From Raillietiella orientalis (taxonomy: Eukaryota), in contig JAYWIR010000025.1 in NCBI GenBank assembly GCA_036172245.1, forward strand, positions 2,046,001-2,110,000: 64,000 nt of DNA. The letters run 5' to 3'. Shown here in pieces: positions 25,901 to 37,013 of the stretch (position 1 is its first letter; each line of letters begins with the position of its first letter). The notes under the pieces are model-generated. The model had not been told where the DNA came from. It searched no databases and worked only from the letters and a program-made list of their open reading frames with translations. Made by a program: the position numbers and the translations under genes.

Positions 25901-28122
25901 GACGTGCCCCTCGGGTCCTCGGGCGCCTTCCTTCCGTCGGCTCACCACCGCACTGCACCGCCAAGGACCGGCTGTTCCGCCTCTGGCGCCCTGCGGACGG
26001 CAAGAAGGGAAGGATGCACCAAGGCCCTTCCCAGATCCCCCCCCTTTGAGGTGGGGGTCTTCAGGTCCTTCCTCCCCTTCTTCGCCTTCGCCAGTCTCTC
26101 CCGGATGCGGAAATTCGGCACAGATTGCTCAGCGGGAAGGAACCTGACGTCGCAGCTTTCTTGTCTTTTCTTTTCAGGTTTTCTTTTGTTTGGTTCACCA
26201 AGTGCTGAAGAACCGTTCTCCTCCTCAGAGAGGGGGGGGACCCACGAAGCCCTTTGGCCCTGTCCGGCCACCTGAGCGTGCGTGTAGTAACTCTCCAAGT
26301 TGGGGGTGGCTGCGGGAGGGAACCACCCTATGAATCCAGGAAGGGCTCCTCAGGAAAGAGTTCGTTCCTCTCTCTCTTGGGAGGGAACCACGGAAGGGAA
26401 CACTCCCTCCCCCGGTCGTCTCCGAAGGGAACCCTGCAGGAAACCACCTCTTCCTTATTCCCTCCAGAGGGACCATCCGGTTTGTGGGGCCTCTCCTCGT
26501 TTCTTCTCCGAAGGAGGTCCCCGGAAAGGATCCGCTCCTGAAATTTCTTCTCCGGAGGGAACCTGCAAGGGAGCCGCTTCCTGTTTCCTCCTCCTCTTCT
26601 GGAGATAACCCTGAAGGGACGCTCCCCAATTTCTCTGAAGGACTGCTCCCCGAAGAGAACAGAACGCTTCTTGAGAGGCGACCCCACTGAGGTGGGTATC
26701 AACCAGCTCCATTGTCACAACCGGAGAGGAACCTCGAAGGGACCGACCTCTTGATTTTTGGAAGGATCCCGGGGCGGCCAATCCCAGCCACTCATCGGGG
26801 ACATCTGGTTTCTCAGCTTTTACCGGTGCCGAACTCGAATCCAGACCAGCCAGCGTCATCCTGCGGGGGAAATTGGAAACACACGGCGCACTCTCCGTTC
26901 TCGGCGTTGATTCTTCCCCAGGAGGGATTCGAACCTGCAGCTCCTGGTACCGCGCGCGGACACCGCAACCATACGGACGCAAACGCCGGCCGAGTGAGGT
27001 GTTTCGTAGCCGTTCTGAGATGCTCTATATCTTCCTTTTCTCGTCCTCTGGACCATCTGGCTACTACAGACAAGGAATCGCGCCTATTCTTGAGAACTCG
27101 AGCGGGAGGGCTCATGAGCCGTCTAAATGCGAAAGAACGAAAGGACAAAAGGATTTCCTCCGTTGATGCGAGATATCAGCAGTGCTCTACGAGGGATAAT
27201 GTGCCGCCGCGGGCGCGAGATCGCGCGCTCTTCGCTTCCTCCTGCCTTTTGCACGCCGCCCGGAGACGCTGGCGTCGGCCGGTCATACTGGCTGGGCGAC
27301 GGAACACGCAATGGCAACACGGACATGATCGGATAAAAGTTCCACGCAATGGAAAGAGCTGAGGGGGCTTCCGTTGCACTAGGAACTCGCGGGGATATAA
27401 GCACGCGGGGGTACGAGGAGAGACGGAAACAAAAGCTTCCGTTGCTATGGCGGCTGCTTTTCTCTTGGATCAAAGTCCGGAGGCTTCCGCGAATCCCGAG
27501 TACTTCACTTCCAGGTTTTCCATCACTCTGCATCCATGCCAAGAGCGCTTTTTTTTTCCTTTCTTTCCGTTCGCCGATGCCTCCTGGCACGCTGCAAACC
27601 ACTTGGAAGCATCCCCCATGCAGCTGTCGGGGGAAGGAAAGGGGCATGTGATTGCTTCCAGTCGCCTCTCGGAAGGGGACTGCAGCTCTTTCGTTTTTTT
27701 GCAGATTCTTTCCCTCATGCCCAACTTGCAAATGCACCCCCTCATCCCCTTGTTCACAACGAACCACCCCATCGTGGTCAGTAGCGACGACCCTGCCTTG
27801 TGGCAAGCAGCGTTCCTTACCGACGATGTTTACATGGCCTTCATGGCTCTGGGAGGGGAAAAGGCAGACCTGAGATTTCTGAAACAGCTGATGATCAACT
27901 CCATCCAGTGAGTAGGAAATGCAGCACGTTAAATTTTCAAAGGATAAGGGGGAGAGGGGGAGGAAGAAGAAAAGAAAAGAAAAAAGCGAAAACAACCGTT
28001 TCTCGTGTAGATGCAGCCTGTTGTCCCGTGAAGACAAAATGAAGGTGATGGATGACTGGACGAAACTCTGGTCAGAATTCGTCAGCACCATGAATGCAAA
28101 ATTGAGCAAGGAAGATCTTTAG
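16981..28122 (+). CDS. ADA2: Secreted adenosine deaminase 2 / ADGF (CECR1-like), 8 coding exons, ~505 aa
   Basis: Exons 16981-17011, 17562-17852, 21277-21513, 21556-21725, 25157-25472, 25601-25758, 27705-27907, 28011-28122 total 1518 nt and are in frame. Signal peptide MMMGFAALISGCLVLAAVLEA; family motifs MPKGAVLHVH, GYDVVGYED, FHAGET, RIGHG, EVNPISNQ, SSDDP; metal-binding and catalytic residues appear intact. Exact orthology among ADGF paralogs unknown. Confidence 0.93.
26247..26990 (-). mobile_element. tRNA-headed SINE-like family copy C (near full length, in ADA2 intron 6, antisense)
   Basis: Minus-strand head GCCGGCG...GTATGGTTGCGG...GGTTCGAATCC (B box 26925-26935); core at 26844-26863; hairpin body; 3' end shared with copies A, D, E, F. 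Confidence 0.85.
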
Positions 28123-28212
28123 AGGATCAGTGGCCTTGCTAGCCACTAGTTTGAACATGGGATCCTTCGTTTCCTGTTGGATGAGTGAATTGAAGTGAGG
28201 GAGGGCTGGAAG

Positions 28213-28218
28213 AATAAA
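28213..28218 (+). terminator. Candidate polyadenylation signal of ADA2/ADGF
   Basis: AATAAA ~90 nt after the stop codon, followed by a T/GT-rich tract. Confidence 0.55.
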
Positions 28219-28308
28219 CTCATTGCTTGCTCCTTTGCCTTCTCTCTTGATTTTTTGGAGTATTCGCTAAGCACTCAAGGGCCATCGGTCGCCTGGAGGC
28301 TCGTGAAA

Positions 28309-28823
28309 CTCTTTGACGCTGTTCCACATCACCCGAGGGTGAGTGCCAACTCTTCGAGTTAAGAAATACCACGGGGGGGGGGGGGGGACCAGAATCCAGG
28401 AAGGGCTCAAGAGGAAGGATTCCGTTCCTCTCACGCTTGTGAGGGAACCCGGAAGGGAAACTCTCGTCCTGATTGCCTCCGAAGGGACGCTTCCCAGTAT
28501 CTCTGAAGAGAGCTCCCCGGAGGGAGCTGAGCGTTTCTTGACACTCCAGAGGGGAGAGGCAGCCTCCAGAGGAGGACATCAACCAACTCCATGGTACATG
28601 ACGGCTCCATTCTCACAGCCGGAGGGGGAACCTCGAAGGGCTCCTTGATGTCTTGAAAAGATTCTGAAGGGTCGACTTCCAATCCCGGAGGCCAGTCAAC
28701 AAGGGTATCCGGTCTCCACCACTGCTGTACCCGAATCCTGTAGGCCACCCAGTGTCACCCTGAGGGAGGGGAGGAGGGAGCGCGGGGGAACTCGGCGCAC
28801 CCTCATTTCTGGGCGTCGATCCT
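28309..28823 (-). mobile_element. SINE-like family copy D (lacks B box, internal deletion)
   Basis: Shares the 3' end CTCTTTGACGCTG, the core GGCCACCCAGTGTCACCCTG (28743-28762) and the hairpin at 28511-28528. Confidence 0.82.
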
Positions 28824-29059
28824 TTGTTTCCATCTGGTCACTCCGGAGCGTTTATTGTAAAAAAGAAAAAGAACATTTACAAAAAAAACAGTCACATAAA
28901 ATATAAAAATGTCTTTCTTCCCTCCCCTCCTCCCCCCCCAATCCCTTCCAATTTTTAAAGTGAACTTTTGTGTTTTTTGTGTTTTCTTCTTTTGTTTTTG
29001 CTTATCCTTTCCCCAATCCTCCTGTGCAGACCTCATCGTTGGGGACTGCGCACGAGAAG

Positions 29060-29473
29060 CAGCGTCCCCGAGGCATTGCCCTCCGTAGTGGTGATGTGGA
29101 ACCACTGCGAAAAAAATTGTGGGATTCGCCTTTCCAGAGCGTCCAAGAAGCGCGCTGTTCCCTTCGGGGAACCGCCCCTTAGAGAAACTGGGAAGTGTCC
29201 CTTCGGGGTTCTCTTCGAAGGAGGAGGAGAAAATAAGGAGTGACTCCTTTGCGGGTTCCCTCCGGAGAAATTCAAGGAGTGGTCTTTGTGGAAGGGGTCC
29301 TCCGAGAAGATAAGGAGGAGGCACCCTTCCGGGTTTCCTCCCACGCGTGAGAGGAACGGACTCCTTCCTCCTGAACCCTTCCTGGTCTCATAGAGTGGTC
29401 CCCTCCCGCGGTACCCCCCCCCCCCCAAGAGTTAACACGCATCCTCTGGTGGCATGGAATGGTGTTAAAGAGC
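29060..29473 (+). mobile_element. SINE-like family copy E (opposite orientation, 5' truncated)
   Basis: Reverse complement of the other copies, e.g. GTGAGAGGAACGGACTCCTTCCTCCTGAACCCTTCCTGG and the end GGTGTTAAAGAGC. Left boundary approximate. Confidence 0.8.
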
Positions 29474-31247
29474 TTCTTAAGCTCTTCGTAAGATGGCGGA
29501 CTGTTCTTCGGCAACCTTTGAGAACCAAAGATAAAAAAAGAACTCTTGTCCCCCAAAAGAGTTGGAAGGAAAGCAATGAAAACAGAAGAACCACAAAGGA
29601 TTCCTCCCTTGGGAAAGAATTTTATTTTTCAATCTGCAATAAAGAAACTGTTCCGGAACCTCAGGTAACCTTGCGATGGAATATCTGACGTGAACTGCAG
29701 CAGGTGCAGATCTCCCACTGCTCCCACATCCCTCCAAGAGTCGACCTCAGGAACGAGTTCCACCCGTGCTGGAAAAGAGTCTAAATGATTCCCTTCGCGT
29801 CTCCTAGTTTCCAGCTTCCCAGCACGTCATCCAGGTTGGATGGTTAAGCTGGGATTGTAAGATTTATGCCACCCGTTCCATTCAAGCCCAACTTTGTAAG
29901 CGCCCTGAAGACTACATCCATCCATCTTGGCTCTCTTTCCAAACACTGTCTTCTGCATTACAGTCAAAGGAAACGGCGCAACATCCGTGTCGAGCCCCTG
30001 TCGGCCAGAAATGTGCAGCTTCGGGTCGCGAGTCTCACGGATGCCACTCAGTTGTGCAACGGTGGTCAGTCCCATTCCAGCTAGGCGGACCTCTCTACGT
30101 GCCATCGAATGTTGGGAAAATTCCTTCAGCTACTCAACGTCCAAGAAAAGAAACTACAGATCTTTATGACGTTTCTATGGATGTTGCTGCTTTTCGGTTT
30201 GGAACGCCTGCGTCGTGTCACTATTAACGTGCACTTCGTTCAAGGTTATGTCCCTAGGCTACCTACACGCTTTTCCCTCGAAGAGAGAAGAAAACAGGGG
30301 TCTTCGATCCTCAACTCACTCTAAGAAAACGAAAGTACACTTGATCCTTTGACTGAGATCGAAAAGAAAAAAAGCAAGTAGTTCTTAGACATGAATCTAA
30401 ATACTCTGCCTAGAGAAGGATTAGTCAGGGCATGAACGGGAGAAGCACTGTCCCAGTTCATCCCAGTACGAAGCTTCTATGTCGCAAACTCCCACACTCG
30501 CAAGATTGTGCATTGGCGGTAGCAAAATGCATTGTCTTAGAAGATGCGTTCGCAGTCGCTGCAGTTCCGTTTCCTCAACATGCGGCTCCAAGATTACATC
30601 AAACTGAAACCTAGCATCGCTCGAATAAGCAGTCTACTTGAATATCAATCTTTAGTTATTGGATGGAAGAGCCAAGGCCGAAAGTGGAAGCTGAAATGTG
30701 ACTCGAAATCATCACACTGCTTAGCACAAGACGCATTGTGTTAGAGATCTCGAAGCGATAGCACATAAGAGAAAAAAGGAGGAATTTTTTCCAATAGATG
30801 ATGAGTTTAACTGTTGTGTTTGACGCCTTTTCCCGTTTCATTTCAACATGATGGTGGTGTATGATCACTCAATGAAGCAGCCAATCAGATTACGCAGCAC
30901 CACATTTCCAGGAGTGCAGGCTGCCAGGAACGGCAAGCAGTGAATGATTCTAGATGGTTCGCACCTTCATCTTATGTTGTAGACCAGGAAAACCTAAATC
31001 TGCGTCTCTCAAAGGGAAATTCTATTTACGGGTGTGGGGGAAAACTCAATTCTGACACTCCACAGTCGTCTTTTCAGAAGAGAAATCACAGACTCGTAGC
31101 TGGAAACGCCGATTTCGTCTGGACATGAATGAACGTTAGGCTGAAAAAATCATAAAACTTCTTCCTTTTCAAAACATCTACTATTCAATCGATTTCCGAC
31201 TGCTGGGGCCATTTAAATGGGGCAACATGATCCTTAAAGTTTGGATT

Positions 31248-32003
31248 TCGCTTCCACTCAAGGGTGGGTAATTCTTCAAGATAGGGAGTTCCCCCGGAAA
31301 GACCCTCCCTATGAATCCAGGAAGGACTCGGGGTGCGTTCCTCTCACGCCGGGGGAGGGATCCCCCTGGAAAGTGCGGCTGGATCAGACCTCCATCCTGG
31401 TTGTCTCCGAAGGGGAATCTTGAAGGGGATGTCCTTCCTGATTCTCTCCGGAGGACCCCCGAGGGGGTCCGCTTCATTCTTTCTTCTCTGAAAGGAACCC
31501 AGAAAGGATCCGATCCTGGAATTTCTTCTCCGGAGGGATCCTTCGCAAGGGATCCGCTCCAGTGTTTACTCCTCTGGAGGGAACCCAGAAGAGACGCTTC
31601 CGAAAGTCAGAAGGACGCAGCTTCCCCGAAGGGATCGGCTCGCTTCTCTGCACTCTCTGGAGAGGTGGTGGCGACACACCCACTCCATCAGTACGAAGCG
31701 GAGGGTCCCCCCGGAATGGGGGGTCCGCTCCTTCACAATCAGAGGGGGAACTCCCCACCCCTTTGATCCCTAGAAGGACCCGGAGATCGACTCCCATTTG
31801 TCCCGGCCCTCATCGGGGTCATCATGTTTGAACCGCTACCAGTGCCGCACCTGGATGAATGTAGGCCAACCAGCGTCATCTTGTGGGGTGAACTCGGGAC
31901 CCACGACGCACTGCGTGGATTCCTTCCGAGTATTCGAACCCATGACGCTTGGTGGTGTCACGCGCGGAGACCACCGTAACCACACTGCCTCCGACGCGGG
32001 CAA
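31248..32003 (-). mobile_element. tRNA-headed SINE-like family copy F (near full length)
   Basis: B-box-like GGTTCGAATAC on minus strand (31930-31940); A-box-like GTGTGGTTACGG; core GGCCAACCAGCGTCATCTTG (31864-31883); CCCTATGAATCCAGGAAGG shared with copy C. Confidence 0.82.
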
Positions 32004-35000
32004 CATCTTATGTTGCAAAAGTGAGTCGTATTGACGAGAAGTCTAAAACAGCAGCATTTGTCGTTACTTTCTCAAGAAAACGAAGAGGAAACGTCACTTG
32101 TGGTAACGCGGCCATCACTCAAGTCTTCCGCTGAGAGTACCTACACCCCCAATGTGTTCAAACGAGTACAAGACTTAAACATAATAAGCCTTTACTAACT
32201 TGTGTTTGCCCAACCTACTGGAGTCTACAGAAGTGTACAGCAATCAGGAATTCCACAAACAACAGTGCACACTTGTACGGGTGAATTTTAAATTCTCTGT
32301 GCTACAGCCGACATTCATGCAATTAATTAATTAGAGGCAGTACCTGAAATGAAAGAACGAAATGATAGCAAGTTTGGAGACGCGTTACAACTCGCTAGGT
32401 TTTAAATTGGGATTAAATAGTTTCAGCGCTGGAATGAGAATGCAAAAGCAGTGGTACCCTTCAGCTGCACCAGTGGCATGAAAGGTTCTGAGGACTGAGG
32501 TCTTTTGAGGTTACAGATGGAAGAAGAGTTGGAATTGCTGCTGCTGCTGCTGTTGTTGTGCCTCCATTTGTGAATTTGACAATCATCTCAGCCGTTTTTC
32601 CCTGTGTATTTCTGTTAGTTCCGTATCCTTTTGTCTTTTTTTTTTCTAAGGAATAGCTGAAAATTAAGCAAATACATAAGAGAATCATTCTGTCTGGCTT
32701 GGAGCTGCATAAATGCTTCGAAACAGGTTGCACCTCAAGTCCATCGGATCTCTTAAGCAAAACTCTCCTCTCTATATCTTTCTCGAAGTTACTATGTTTT
32801 GGATCTCAAGAGTCGTCTATAATCTGTAGTCTGCCATTAGCCACAAGTTGAGCCACCTCCATGTTTCAGTTAATATCGAAACTAAACATGGCCAGCAGAT
32901 TAGCAAGAAGGGTCAGAAGGAATTGGGCTGTCTCTAACAATCTCAGAGACTAAAAGTTTTCAAACTGTTCAAGAAACTGTCTGTGAAAGACTATTTCAGA
33001 TTTCTTCCAGTGGTTTAAACAAAAATAGGCGCACGATTTTGTCTGAACTGCTCGATGCCATCTTCCATGAGGCCTCTCACGCCGAGCTGTTTCATAAGAT
33101 GATGATATAATCAGTTTTGAGGAAAAGAAGAGGCAAAGTAAAGTTTCGTGTGATCAGTTGGCTTTTCTTATGAAATCGAAAAACGTTCACGCTCCGAATT
33201 ATTGCACATTCAGGGAATTCGCATTAGGAAGAAAGTGGCCACTGCAAATTATTAGCCGCCAACCAAAATTCGTAAGGGAATTCAAAAGCTAGTGGAAGAA
33301 CAGTTTTTCCCGTTGTGGGGACGGTATTTTGCTTTAAAAAAGCAACTTTCGCTCCTTCGCGAAACCTTTCGCATGTGAACCTTCCACTGCTGGCACATAT
33401 GTGAATCGAAAACGAGAAGTTTCCCGCTGGCATCTAGATGCCTCCAAGTGTTTCCGAAGAGTGAATCCAATGTGCTCGTGTCTGCAACCCGCTCGTTGCT
33501 AAGGATGGCCAACGTCCCTCTCTGTGCCTGATGTGAATCCCGTGTCACCCGAGTCTTCGGAACACGACACTCTGAGGTAGGACCTGCAACTGGTGTGTGG
33601 GGGAGGAGAAGGGGAGGGGGTTGTACTATCTCGGTTAAAAATCGCCCAGCTGTCGCAGCCCATCCGTGCGCAGACTGCTGAGAGCATTCTCTTGAAGAAT
33701 GAATTTCGCTACAATTTTACGGATAGTCTCTCTGATCATCATGACATGCATTGAAGCACGGCAATCGTTGAGAAAATTTCCATTCCGTTCCATGAGCTCG
33801 ACGTGTTTCCTTTCTCAATCAGCATCGGATGTCGTGGGCACGTTCAGTTCTCTCCCTCTCGAAACATTTTGTGAACTGTAGGGCTGATCGGTCCCAGCCT
33901 CGCTCTGCCAGAGTTTTCGTACTCTGAAGCTTACCTGCTTCACATAGAGTTCCTGGACCCATATTGGCTTTTTGAGACTCTAACTGCATACGCTTCTTGA
34001 ACGCATGATGGAATAATATAGTGTTCATGAATGAATGATGGGGCCTTTTTTTTTCTTCTTCCAGTCAGTCGCATATATGTTTCCTTTAGCAATCACAGAA
34101 AACCGCCTCCTACATTCCATTCCTCCGTTGCAAGAATAGGTTCGTAAAGGACTTGACCAGCTGATAATAATAAGGCACACTTTTAATTAAAAACATAGGA
34201 GCAGGAACGTTCTTTCATAAACAGGCATGAATGAAGCACGTAGCAGGGATAGCGACTAGAAAGAAAGCTTGCTCCTCAAGAAGGGACAAGAACTGCAATG
34301 ATCTGGCCTGGAACGAATCCTGCCAAATGTAACATATGTCTCTTACAGCAATATCGTACACTGGTTACGTCTCTCTTTGTAAAAGATGGAATATTCTCTG
34401 ATGCAAGTTTTTCCAGTGTTGCATACGTCTTACATAATTTTCAATCTTTGTCCTGGCTGATTTTGGAATCAGTGAACTCATCAAAGTCTCTCTCGCTAGT
34501 TTCACTTTTGCAGATGAGTTCATCTCTTGCATTCTTTTCACATAGCTATCGATCATTCCTTTATTTTGGCGGTATCTCATTATAGAAAAAGTTTCCAGAA
34601 CTGTCCTTATAGTTTTTGAGTAATTGATAAATGCAAAAAAAGCATTTACAAGAAACAAAAGACTTTTTCAGAACAAAGTACATTTTTAGCACTCATTTTT
34701 GGAAAACAAATTTCTCAAAGTTCATTTTCTTTTTGCTTATTCGATTCAATAATAGTAACACTAAAAATGCCATTGAAACGTTCCCAAGTACTTTTCGCTT
34801 CTTAATTCATTTCAGTTCTTCTTCGGTAACAGCAGAGTTTAGAACCAGTCATGTAATCTAGATCAAATAAATGCATGCTGGTGCAGCTATAATTCTTTAA
34901 CTATGCTTCTTTATAAGGATTGTCATTGCATGCTCAAGCTGATTTGCAAAATTTCCGCATCCTTTGCGTTTCTACTCATTTCTTATACAAGTTTTAATTC

Positions 35001-35656
35001 CAAGTTTGTCTGTTTGTTTCTCTTCTATTTGCAATTTTCGACTTACATTCATAATAACGATGTCCATTAGAAGCAGTCATAATTAAGCACATACAGAAAG
35101 CAAAATATGTAACAAATAGTCTGAATGGAAAATCATTGAGCGAATTGTAATGTTGTCCAATCACTGTTTATTCACTGCTGAATGAAATAATAATATTATT
35201 GACTAATACTGCACTGCTTCCAAGTAAGGTATATTATTTGCAGAACTTGTCATGAGTCAATAGAAACAATAAACTTAAAAGTGGAAAATTGCTCTCAGAT
35301 GGGTTTCTTTATGAAACATTTTTCAATTTCCATTCGAGAGTATAGAAATGATATTCTTCAATATAAAAAAATTTGAAGAAATAGCATCCGAATTAATTTC
35401 ACAGTGAAATTAATTCATTTCAAACCATATGACCAGCTGCTTTTTTGTAAGAGCAGTGGCCAATTTTTTACAATTTAAGATTGCAATTTTTTTTCAAACC
35501 TACGGAATCATTGTATCTTCGAAAGAGAATGAAACTACTTTGTTTAGAGTTCAAAACGAAAAGTGCAGTCAGTCTTTTAGACGTAAAGACATACGAAATC
35601 AGTCAAATTGTGCAATACCTATTTTCACAAACTGTGTCGCTAATTTCGTAATCAGA

Positions 35657-35798
35657 AGTCCCGAACAAAACAAGGCAAAAATCCAAGATAAGTATTGTTG
35701 GTAGGCCTGGAAAACAGAGTATAGATTCATGAGCTAGCTGGAAATCTTGCCAAGTTTTTTCCTGATGTTTTGAACTTTTCTAGCCTAATATTGTATTT
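35657..35798. repeat. ~140 bp direct repeat, copy 1
   Basis: AGTCCCGA...AAGGCAAAAATCCAAGATAAG...GGAAATCTTGCCAAGTTTTTTCCTGATGTTTTGAACTTTTCTAGCCTAATATT is near-identical to 38269-38410. Confidence 0.92.
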
Positions 35799-36074
35799 GA
35801 CTATACTTTGAGTAAAATAATAAAAAATATAATGTAACGTAATTATTTTTATACTGAAAAAATTTTTTGTGATAGAAACGAACTAAATACTGCAAGAAAG
35901 AAAAATTGTAATTTACATTATCATAACCCCCCGCTTTAGTAGGAGGCCTTGGTAACCCCTCCGAGCTAGAAGCAACGTTCGCGGGCGTGATCAAGCAGTG
36001 CGAAGTTCGCGCCAACTGTGGCTGCTGTCCTTTCGGTGCATTTAAATCTGTGAGCGTGCCAAACAGTCACACAG

Positions 36075-37013
36075 ATGATTCGTATTAAAATGTGGTTAAT
36101 GTTGGTTGGTGGATATTTGATTGGAAGTTTCACAGTTATGATTTTTGTTTGTGATTTTGCCGAACTGTTTCACAGTTTTGTGGCACCAGTGAGTGGAACA
36201 GATGTTTTGTGTGTTATTATCTTTTCTGCACCTGAAAATAATTTACGAAGGGATGTTATACGAAACACGTGGTTACTATTGAAACCTGTGCATGTAAAGC
36301 ATTATTTTGTAATCGGAAGCAAAAACCTAAGTAATGATTCGATTTCGATTTATGCTGAAGAGAAGAAGTATAAAGATCTTATCCTTTTACCTTTGGAAGA
36401 CAAATATCGCCACCTTACAGATAAATTAATTTTATCATTGACTTGGATAACAAAAAATTGTAAATGTAAATTCCTGCTGAAATCTGATGATGACAGTTTC
36501 ATTAGATTGGATCTCTTATATAAAGAAATAAAGGAAAGGCATGTACCAAATTTATACTGGGGATATTTTGATGGCAGAGCACCAGTTAAAAAAACTGGTA
36601 TTTGGAGTGAATCCACGTGGTTCTTAAGTAATAATTATTTGCCATATGCATTAGGTGGAGGTTATGTTTTATCCATAGACATTGCACATTACGTAGTTGG
36701 GAACGCAATTGATTTTAGTAAATATAATAGCGAAGATGTATCCTTGGGTGTGTGGACTTCAGCTTTAAATATAACTAGAATTCATGATATCAGATTTGAT
36801 ACAGAATATAGATCTAGAGGGTGTTTAAATAATTACTTGGTTACTCATAAGAAAAGTATATCTCATATGAAGTTATTGTATTTTAATTTGAAGGCAACAG
36901 GGAAACTGTGTAAAAATCAGTTTGTTGTCAGCTACCCATATCAGTATGATTGGGCCTCTTTACCAATCAACTGCTGTAAGAGGAATGCAACCTTAATTAA
37001 AAACTTACAATAG
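36075..37013 (+). CDS. B3GALT6: Beta-1,3-galactosyltransferase 6 (GT31, proteoglycan linker galactosyltransferase II), single exon, 312 aa
   Basis: N-terminal hydrophobic anchor; RRDVIRNTW, LLKSDDDSF (DxD), YWGYFDGRAPV, YLPYALGGGYVLS, SEDVSLGVW, RFDTEYRSRGC and the C-terminal Y.YDW...P..CC pattern characteristic of B3GALT6. Confidence 0.95.
   Translation: MIRIKMWLMLVGGYLIGSFTVMIFVCDFAELFHSFVAPVSGTDVLCVIIFSAPENNLRRDVIRNTWLLLKPVHVKHYFVIGSKNLSNDSISIYAEEKKYKDLILLPLEDKYRHLTDKLILSLTWITKNCKCKFLLKSDDDSFIRLDLLYKEIKERHVPNLYWGYFDGRAPVKKTGIWSESTWFLSNNYLPYALGGGYVLSIDIAHYVVGNAIDFSKYNSEDVSLGVWTSALNITRIHDIRFDTEYRSRGCLNNYLVTHKKSISHMKLLYFNLKATGKLCKNQFVVSYPYQYDWASLPINCCKRNATLIKNLQ

Noticed and set aside
26900..26990. 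Functional tRNA gene at the GGTTCGAATCC motifs (also ~12185 and ~31935)
   Set aside because: No convincing cloverleaf or acceptor stem, and the motif continues into a ~650 nt repeated body; interpreted as a SINE head.
28503..28535. Hammerhead ribozyme core (CTGAAGA + stem) in SINE copies
   Set aside because: The required GAAA after stem II is missing, the CUGANGA is not conserved among copies, and it lies on the antisense strand.
7800..32100. Hundreds of overlapping 60-330 aa ORFs on both strands
   Set aside because: Expected by chance in GC-rich DNA. They are Arg/Pro/Ser-rich with no family motifs, except those overlapping ADA2 exons or LINE remnants. ORF 27123-28109 (-) is simply antisense to ADA2 exons.
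35925..36074. snRNA/ncRNA in the GC-rich patch before B3GALT6
   Set aside because: No match to snRNA, SRP or RNase P motifs that I recall; more simply the promoter/5' UTR.
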